A stretch of DNA of 64,000 nt from Alphaproteobacteria bacterium. GTDB lineage: Bacteria; Pseudomonadota; Alphaproteobacteria; Bin95. The position numbers were made by a program, and so were the translations under genes. The notes under the pieces were generated by a model. It ran no database searches, was not told the origin of the DNA, and saw only the letters and a list, made by a program, of their open reading frames with translations. The stretch is taken from positions 1,600,001 through 1,664,000 of the forward strand of contig OZ224045.1 in assembly GCA_963665325.3 (NCBI GenBank), written 5' to 3'. Of the stretch, positions 57,538-64,000 are shown one piece after another (the stretch's first letter is position 1; every line of letters begins with the position of its first letter).

Positions 57538-58625
57538 TGCCGGCGCCGGTGGGCGAAGGGTCGCCGAGACGGTCGTCGGGGGCGCTTGATCGTCGCCGTG
57601 TTCCGCTTCCTTGGCCGGAGGATCGGCCGTTTCGCATTCTTTCAATCGACGGAGGCGGCATTCGGGGTATCTATCCCGCCGCTTTCCTGGCGGAGCTCGA
57701 ACGGCGCTACCTTGGCGGGGAATCCGTGGCGCGGCACTTCGATCTCATCGCGGGGACTTCGACCGGCGGGATCCTCGCCGTGGGCCTGGGAGCGGGCATC
57801 ACGGCCGCAGAGTTACGCGACCTCTATGTCAATCGTGGATGCGAAATCTTCCCGCCGATCAGGCCGAGAGCGCTGGAGGGGATCCTCCGACGGTGCCGGA
57901 GCGCATGCCAAGTGTTCAAGTACCGATACAACCGAAGAGCGTTGGAAGGAATTCTGAAGGAGACGCTGGGCGAACGGAAGTTCGGAGAGGCAGGGACACG
58001 CCTCTGCATTCCGTCCTTCGATGGTCGGTATGGGGAGGTTTACATCTTCAAGACACCTCATCACCCGGATTTCCGGAAAGATGGGCGTGAGTTCATGACG
58101 AAGGTGGCTGAAGCCACATCGGCGGCTCCGACATTTTTTCGGCCGCTCGAAGACGGCGGCTACACCTTCGTCGACGGCGGGGTATGGGCGAACAATCCGG
58201 TAATGATCGGCTTAGTCGACGCGTTGACCTGCTTTGCGGTCAAGGCGGAGCAGGTTCGGATTTTGAGCGTTGGATGTGGCGACGATCCCTACGTTGTCGA
58301 CCGACGCAAGATTGTGGGAGGCGGCATATGGGCGTGGCGGGACGTGATCTTCGCCGCAATGCGGCTTCAGTCGCAGAACGCCCTCGGGCAGGCGGGGCTC
58401 CTTATCGGCGCCGACAGGATCGTCCGAATCGATGCGCCGACAACCGAGGCGAAGATTGAGATGGACGACTGGAGACGCGCGGTGGACGAACTGCCCGGCG
58501 CGGCGGAAACGGCGACTGACGAAATGGGTCCCGAAGTGGCTGCAAGGTTTCTGCGCGAACCTGCGGTACCGTACAGGCCGATTAGAACAACAGACATCCA
58601 AATGGCCCCGGTTCAGAGCAGATGA
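57537..58625 (+). CDS. capV: Patatin-like phospholipase, CBASS effector (CapV-like)
   Basis: ILSIDGGGIRG, GTSTG, IFKTPHH, ATSAAPTFF, DGGVWANNP; TGATG coupling. Confidence 0.9.
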   Translation: MPAPVGEGSPRRSSGALDRRRVPLPWPEDRPFRILSIDGGGIRGIYPAAFLAELERRYLGGESVARHFDLIAGTSTGGILAVGLGAGITAAELRDLYVNRGCEIFPPIRPRALEGILRRCRSACQVFKYRYNRRALEGILKETLGERKFGEAGTRLCIPSFDGRYGEVYIFKTPHHPDFRKDGREFMTKVAEATSAAPTFFRPLEDGGYTFVDGGVWANNPVMIGLVDALTCFAVKAEQVRILSVGCGDDPYVVDRRKIVGGGIWAWRDVIFAAMRLQSQNALGQAGLLIGADRIVRIDAPTTEAKIEMDDWRRAVDELPGAAETATDEMGPEVAARFLREPAVPYRPIRTTDIQMAPVQSR

Positions 58626-58673
58626 CGAAGACTGCAATTGGGTGGCCGGGTAGTTGTCAACGGCGGAGCAAGA

Positions 58674-59113
58674 ATGTACCGGCGCGGCGACTGGCCTCGA
58701 CCGCGCACACGGGCTAGGTGGACAAGTCCGGAGCGCCCTATATCGAACACGTGACGAGAGTGTCCCAGGCAGTCGAGATGAAGGTGGCGCCGGAACTGCG
58801 GGACCATGCCGTCACGGTCGCGTACCTGCACGACGTGGTGGAAGACACCAATGTCACGCTGGACTTCATCCGGAAAAGGTTCGGCAACGATGTTGCCGAA
58901 GACGTGGAGACGCTGACACACCGCGACCGCGAGGAGTATCCCGACTACATCAACCGCGTGGCCCGCGGCAGCGCAGCGGCCAGGGCGGTCAAGCTCGCTG
59001 ATCTGGAGGACCATCTGCGCGACACATCACACATCAGAGCCGATCAGGTGGAGAAGTACGTTCAGGCGCTGGCTGTCCTGACCGGCTCCCGCGCACCTGA
59101 TCCTGCCGGGTGA
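58674..59113 (+). pseudogene. HD-domain small alarmone hydrolase-like (RelA/SpoT HD) gene with 5' lesions
   Basis: LASTAHTG*VDKSGAPYIEH (in-frame TAG at 58715 where Gln is expected), LHDVVEDT, VKLAD; the RBS-preceded ATG at 58674 is one base out of frame. Confidence 0.72.
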
Positions 59114-59301
59114 CGACTCCGTCCGGCGGGAAACCGGCGATGCCGGCCGGTGGCGCGCACCGTGTTCAATCGCTGCTGCTCAACCAGGCGTCACCGGGAC
59201 GACCGATCCCGGGGGCAGACTTCGTCAGGCATTCCGACAGCCCCGTCGGCAACAAGTGTGCGTGTGCGCGCCGATTGGAAAACCGGCAACACCGCTGCAT
59301 C

Positions 59302-60129
59302 TCAAGCGGCGGCGCGGCTAGTTCCCATCCGTGACGCGCTCCGTGCGAGGATGCGAAGGGCCGTGCGAAGCTGCTGGCCGCTGCCGGCGGCCACGCGCAC
59401 GCACACACCGCTGCCGTCACGCGTCGGCGCGATGCCTGTCCAGATGCCGTCGTCCAGCCTGTCCGCCGTCGAAGTCATGACCCCCAGTGCCCCGTCCGGG
59501 TCTTCCGACAGGACGATCACCGTGCCGAACGATGTCCATGTGCCGGGCATCTCGGCGAGCCGGGCCAGCAGTTCTCCGGTCACCTGCTGACGGTCCTCGA
59601 ACAGGACGGTGCCGTCGGGGCGCCGGACGACGACTTCGGATCTCCAGCACCGCCTGCCCGGCAAGGCCGCACAGATACCCTCGCAGGAAACCAGAGTTGA
59701 GACTCGCGGGAGCGTGATCGTCTGTCGAAGGGTCAGGTCCGCATCGTCGAACAACACGTAGGGTTCCGACAGCAGCACGGCCCGCGACCCGTGGCCCAGA
59801 TCAATCGCCCAGTCCGAAACGCTGCCCTGTCCGCCCGGCGTCCCGTAGGTCAGCATCGCACCGGCACTCTCAAGATGCAGAGCCGCGCCGTCCTCGATGC
59901 GAATGCGCTGCCCGATCCGGTCTCCTGCCAGCAAACCGGCTCCGGCAACCTGGGGGATCAACGTGACCGGCGTCCCGGGTGGTCCGGGATATCCCCGGCC
60001 CAGCGACCAGGGGAAGGAAACACGGCGGAACGCCAGGCGGCTGCGCCCGTCTGCCCCCAGGCCGATGATCAGGTCCATGGACGGCGCGCCCGGTGAGGTG
60101 GACGGGCCCGTGGCCGGCAACGCGTTCAC
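59302..60129 (-). CDS. ureD: Urease accessory protein UreD/UreH
   Basis: [14 protein letters not shown]; last gene of the urease cluster; divergent. Confidence 0.75.
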   Translation of the reverse strand: MNALPATGPSTSPGAPSMDLIIGLGADGRSRLAFRRVSFPWSLGRGYPGPPGTPVTLIPQVAGAGLLAGDRIGQRIRIEDGAALHLESAGAMLTYGTPGGQGSVSDWAIDLGHGSRAVLLSEPYVLFDDADLTLRQTITLPRVSTLVSCEGICAALPGRRCWRSEVVVRRPDGTVLFEDRQQVTGELLARLAEMPGTWTSFGTVIVLSEDPDGALGVMTSTADRLDDGIWTGIAPTRDGSGVCVRVAAGSGQQLRTALRILARSASRMGTSRAAA

Positions 60130-60731
60130 CGGAACAGCACGGCGTCCCTGATCTGCGTGGCCACCGCGCCGATACCCCGGCCCGCGCGACAGTTCGTGCC
60201 CAGGACCGGGGCGTTGCCACGGACCCGTGTTGCCTCCTCGAACATCCTTGCCAGGTCGACACCGACATGCGGGGCCAGATCGATCTTGTTGATCACCAGA
60301 AGATCGCTCTTAAGCACCCCCGGTCCGCGCTTGCGGGGAATGTCGTCGCCGCCCGAGACGTCAATCACGAACATCCACCAGTCGACCAGGTCCAGCGAAA
60401 AGGTCGAGGCCAGGTTGTCGCCGCCGCTTTCCAGCAGAACCAGGTCCAGGTCGGGAAATTGCCGGTCCAGCCGGTCTGCGGCGGCCAGGTTCGGTGTCGG
60501 GTCTTCGCGGATCACCGTATGCGGGCAGGCGCCGGCCTGCACGGCAAGAATCCTCTCGGGCGGCAGGCGGCCGCCGCGGCGCAGGCGCTCGGCGTCTTCA
60601 TCGGTGACCAGGTCGTTGGTGATGACGGCGGCTTCCACACCCTCATGGGCGAAGGACACCAGGAGGCGCTCTATCAGTGCCGTCTTGCCCGAGCCCACGG
60701 GCCCGCCTATGCCCACGCGGGCGGCGGTCAT
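60126..60731 (-). CDS. ureG: Urease accessory GTPase UreG
   Basis: [22 protein letters not shown]. Confidence 0.96.
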   Translation of the reverse strand: MTAARVGIGGPVGSGKTALIERLLVSFAHEGVEAAVITNDLVTDEDAERLRRGGRLPPERILAVQAGACPHTVIREDPTPNLAAADRLDRQFPDLDLVLLESGGDNLASTFSLDLVDWWMFVIDVSGGDDIPRKRGPGVLKSDLLVINKIDLAPHVGVDLARMFEEATRVRGNAPVLGTNCRAGRGIGAVATQIRDAVLFR

Positions 60732-62431
60732 CGCAGGAAGTGGCTGCGTGCCAGCGGCACGCGGGTTGCGGGTTCAGCCTGCAGCAGCACACCATCGGCG
60801 CGGACCTCGAAGGTGGCCGGATCCACCGCGATGTCAGGACAGGCGCGGTTGCGGATCATGTCAGGCTTGCCGAGGGAACGCACCGAGGTGATTGGCAGGA
60901 TCTCCTTCTGCACGCCGAGGCGTTTGGCAATGTCGTTGTCGATGGCAAGCCGGCTGGCGAAGGTTGCGCCAAGCCGGTGTTTCACGGTTCCCAGGGCTCC
61001 CCACATCGGCCTGTGCAGAAGCGGCTCCGCCCCGATGAAGCTGCCGTTGCCGTCCCCCATGACCGACCAGACGATTTCGCCGGATTTCACCACCATCTTC
61101 GGCTTGGCGGCGAAGTGGTCGGGCCGCCAGAATACCAGGTCGGCCATCTTGCCAGGCTCGATCGAGCCCACATGCGCATCGATTCCGGCCGCGATCGCCG
61201 GGTTGACGGTCAGCTTGGCCATGTAGCGCAGGATGCGTTCATTGTCGGCACAGGCCGTTTTCTCTTCGGCCAGACGTCCGGTCCGGTCCTTCATGATCGA
61301 TGCCAGCTGGAACGCCTTGGTCGCGTTCTCGGCCAGACGGCCCATACCCTGGGTGTCGGTCGCAAAGATCGAGATTGCGCCCAGGTCGTGCAGGAAATCC
61401 TCCGCGACCATGGTCTGCGGGCGGATGCGCGCCTCCGCAAAGGCCACGTCCTCCGGCAACTCGTAGCTCATCGCGTGGGCCAGCATGGTCATCGGCACCC
61501 CCTCCTCCAGTGCCGCCGGCGTGAAGGGGTTGGTGGGGTTGGTCGAGGACGGCAGCACGTTGGCGAAACCGTTCACGGCGAGGATGTCGGGCGCATGACC
61601 GCCGCCCGCGCCCTCGGTGTGGTACATGTGAATGGTCCGACCGGCGACGGCGGCCATGGTGTCCTCGTAGAACCCGAACTCGTTGATGGTATCGGTGTGG
61701 ATGTGGACCGAGAAGTCCGCCGCATCCGCGGCGCGCAGGCACCCGTCGATCACGGCGGGCGAGGCACCGAAGTCCTCATGGATCTTCACCCCGAGCGCGC
61801 CGCCCGCAACGCTCTCCGCCACTGCGCCCGCGTCCGAGCATCCGCGCCCCAGGAACCCGAAATTGAGCGGATATTCGTCGCAGGCCTGGATCAGCCGGCC
61901 CAGGGTATGTGGGCCCGAGCAGGACACATCGAAATGCGGCCCGGGGCTCATCCCGATCATCGTGGTGCAGCCCCCCGCGAGTGCATGGTACGCCTGTTGA
62001 GGTGACAGGAAATGCGCGTGCGCCTCGATCACGCCGGGGGTCACGATCAACTGGTCGCCATGCATGATCGTCGTGTTGGGTCCGGTATCCAGGCCGGGTG
62101 TGACACCGGCCATGATCTCCGGGTTCCCGGCCTTTCCGACGCCCACGATACGCCCGCGGCGCACGCCGATATCGGCCTTGATGATCCCCAGAACCGGATC
62201 GATGATCAACGCGTTGTGCACGACCAGGTCCAGGGCCTGTTCGGCATCGGTACCGCGGGTGCGGAATCCCTCGCCATCGCGCATGACCTTGCCGGCCCCG
62301 GTGGTCAGTTCGTCGCCAGGATGGGTGTGGTCGTGCTCGACCTCCGCCAGCAGGGACGTATCGCCCAGGCGGATCATGTCGCCGGTGCTCGGCCCGTAGA
62401 GGCGGGCGTACTGGCCGCGATCCATTTTCAC
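60728..62431 (-). CDS. ureC: Urease alpha subunit-like amidohydrolase (divergent)
   Basis: [56 protein letters not shown]. Confidence 0.88.
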   Translation of the reverse strand: MKMDRGQYARLYGPSTGDMIRLGDTSLLAEVEHDHTHPGDELTTGAGKVMRDGEGFRTRGTDAEQALDLVVHNALIIDPVLGIIKADIGVRRGRIVGVGKAGNPEIMAGVTPGLDTGPNTTIMHGDQLIVTPGVIEAHAHFLSPQQAYHALAGGCTTMIGMSPGPHFDVSCSGPHTLGRLIQACDEYPLNFGFLGRGCSDAGAVAESVAGGALGVKIHEDFGASPAVIDGCLRAADAADFSVHIHTDTINEFGFYEDTMAAVAGRTIHMYHTEGAGGGHAPDILAVNGFANVLPSSTNPTNPFTPAALEEGVPMTMLAHAMSYELPEDVAFAEARIRPQTMVAEDFLHDLGAISIFATDTQGMGRLAENATKAFQLASIMKDRTGRLAEEKTACADNERILRYMAKLTVNPAIAAGIDAHVGSIEPGKMADLVFWRPDHFAAKPKMVVKSGEIVWSVMGDGNGSFIGAEPLLHRPMWGALGTVKHRLGATFASRLAIDNDIAKRLGVQKEILPITSVRSLGKPDMIRNRACPDIAVDPATFEVRADGVLLQAEPATRVPLARSHFLR

Positions 62432-63120
62432 GGCGCGTCCTCCAGATACCCGCGATCCCTGGCGCGCTGGAACGCGGCCTCGCGTGTGGCCGGGTCATCC
62501 GCCGGGCCCTCGGCCAGACCGGCAAAACCGCGGATTTCACGCGTCCCGGCATAGGGCACGAGGCGCACGCGCCGACCGATTCCGGGGTCGAAGCGTTCCC
62601 CGCCACCGGAGGGACGGTCCAGCCGCATGCCCCAGGCCCTGGTCCGGTCAAACTGCAGCACTCTGTTGACCTCGAAGAAATGTGCATGGCTTCGGACCTG
62701 TATGGACCGGTCGCCGGTGTTCAGCACGTCGATTTCGACGCCCTCGCGCCCGGCGTTGAGCTCGATCTCTCCCGCTTTCGGGATGATCTCGCCGGGGACA
62801 GGCGCCGCATCGCCGCCCGGAGGGATCGGATCAAAGACCGTCACCAGCTTGGTGCCCTCGGCCATCGAAACCTCGACCGAGACCATCCGCAGCATTTCCG
62901 GCACGCCCGCCTCGACGTCCTCTGCCGTCAGGATGGTTCCGCCCAGCGAAACCAGCGCCGGGTGGTCCAGCCCCTTCCGGGCCGCCAGCAGGATTTCGTC
63001 GGCGATGAGGGCATTGGCCTCGGGCAGCGACAGGCGCACGCCTTCGCTTCGATATCGTCGCGCGAGTTCGGCCGCCTGGAAGATGACCAGTCGGTCCATT
63101 TCTGTCGGGGTCAGGTTCAT
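62428..63120 (-). CDS. ureAB: Fused urease gamma-beta subunit
   Basis: MNLTPTEMDRL...GTKLVTV (gamma) fused to PGE...LNAGRE...NTGDRSIQV.SH.HFFEVN (beta). Confidence 0.92.
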   Translation of the reverse strand: MNLTPTEMDRLVIFQAAELARRYRSEGVRLSLPEANALIADEILLAARKGLDHPALVSLGGTILTAEDVEAGVPEMLRMVSVEVSMAEGTKLVTVFDPIPPGGDAAPVPGEIIPKAGEIELNAGREGVEIDVLNTGDRSIQVRSHAHFFEVNRVLQFDRTRAWGMRLDRPSGGGERFDPGIGRRVRLVPYAGTREIRGFAGLAEGPADDPATREAAFQRARDRGYLEDAP

Positions 63121-63130
63121 TGGCGTCTCT

Positions 63131-63781
63131 TCAGTTGGCGAACAACCGCCCGTCGCCGGGGCGCATCATCGCGATTTCCGAGATCGGGGCAAAGCTGGCG
63201 GGCAGCGTGCCGGGCAGCGGCGGGGCCGTGAAAGGGGCGAATTCCGGCTGCAGGTCCCGCAGGATGCCCTGCGCTTCCAGTGCTCCGACCAGGCCCAGCC
63301 GCACCGCGGCGCCGGCCAGTCCCTGTGCCGCGGCGTGGGCGGAAACGGCCAATGCCGGTGCAAGCTCAAGTCCCATGGACCGGAACACCGCGCCCTGGGC
63401 AACCGGCAGGTGCCCGGCGGCCTCTCCGTCCAGCACCGCCCCGCGGAACCGCACTGCCACGGGGTCGCCCAGGCGCGCCGTTGCCGAGAGAAACGCCTGC
63501 CCGGCCTCGGCCGAGCGGGCCCGCAACGGTTCGGCCATGAACAGACGATCGGTCCTGGCATCGACCGGCAACTCGTCATCGGTCCGATATGCATCCGCCA
63601 GCACGACCCGGTCGAACTGCGCCCAGCGGCCGAGCATCTCGACAGCCAGCCAGGGACCGAAGCCCGCACGGTCAAGCCGGCCGTTTTCCGCAGCGGTCTC
63701 CATCCCCCATGAATAGGCGAAGGCGCCTGACGGAAAGCCGCTGTCAGCCAGCTGCAGGGCGCGCAGGGTATCCAGGCTCAC
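63131..63781 (-). CDS. ureF: Urease accessory protein UreF
   Basis: LQLADSGFPSGAFAYSWGME, AAVRLG, RLFAN; GTGA overlap. Confidence 0.9.
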   Translation of the reverse strand: MSLDTLRALQLADSGFPSGAFAYSWGMETAAENGRLDRAGFGPWLAVEMLGRWAQFDRVVLADAYRTDDELPVDARTDRLFMAEPLRARSAEAGQAFLSATARLGDPVAVRFRGAVLDGEAAGHLPVAQGAVFRSMGLELAPALAVSAHAAAQGLAGAAVRLGLVGALEAQGILRDLQPEFAPFTAPPLPGTLPASFAPISEIAMMRPGDGRLFAN

Positions 63782-63999
63782 TGCCCGGCCTCCAAGCGTT
63801 CGATCGCAAAACTGCAGAACACTTCCGCATCGGCCAGCCGGGCACGGTAGGTATCCTCCGGCCCGTCCATGTGGACGACAATGGCGCCGCCGCAAAAGTC
63901 GGCCTTCCAGTGCAGATTGCCGCAGAAGTAGCCGAGCCGCAGCCCGGAGGCGACGTCAGCGGGTATCAGGCGCAGGCGTGGGCCGCCATCGATGCGGGC
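63778..63999 (-). CDS. ureE: Urease accessory protein UreE (3' part; continues beyond window)
   Basis: Manual translation gives RLGYFCGNLHW (GNxH motif); stop overlaps the ureF start. Confidence 0.75.
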   Translation of the reverse strand, partial: ARIDGGPRLRLIPADVASGLRLGYFCGNLHWKADFCGGAIVVHMDGPEDTYRARLADAEVFCSFAIERLEAGQ

Positions 64000-64000
64000 G

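Noticed and set aside
1-64000. tRNA, rRNA or prophage structural genes
   Set aside because: None recognised by eye; a tRNAscan/Infernal run would be needed to exclude small RNAs.

Overview
This is GC-rich alphaproteobacterial DNA (DUF6476-like gene, rluD and rpoH in typical order). The FN3-repeat surface protein and the many PhyH/LLM/SDR enzymes are suggestive of a marine host-associated lineage, but that is inference. 1-22.8 kb: housekeeping and catabolic genes, including a diverged tandem pair of FMN alpha-hydroxyacid dehydrogenases. 22.8-37 kb: an FN3-repeat autotransporter-like gene and a RecQ/UvrD-type helicase gene, both 5'-truncated, flank an IS21 element. Its istA is interrupted by a 4384-bp TG...CA element with an exact 5-bp target duplication (CCTAC). 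That element encodes a Zn-finger/HTH protein, a Mu/TnsB-like DDE transposase, an ExeA/TnsC-like ATPase and a RecA/DnaB-fold (AAA_25-like) ATPase-wHTH whose 3' end overlaps an iteron-palindrome, origin-like array. 39-49 kb: a LysR-controlled operon (tripartite tricarboxylate transporter, aminotransferase, hydantoinase, ThDP enzyme). 53-59 kb: a defence island with an AT-rich two-gene module (minimal DisA_N/DAC-like cyclase plus 2TM-beta-barrel Cap15-like effector) next to a CapH/CapP-like regulated CBASS (CD-NTase, stand-alone E2, patatin) and a decayed HD hydrolase. 59-64 kb: a strongly divergent urease-like cluster. The best candidates for novelty are the DAC + 2TM-beta module, the helicase/ori-carrying transposon and the divergent urease. 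All calls come from motif reading only; no database searches were run.
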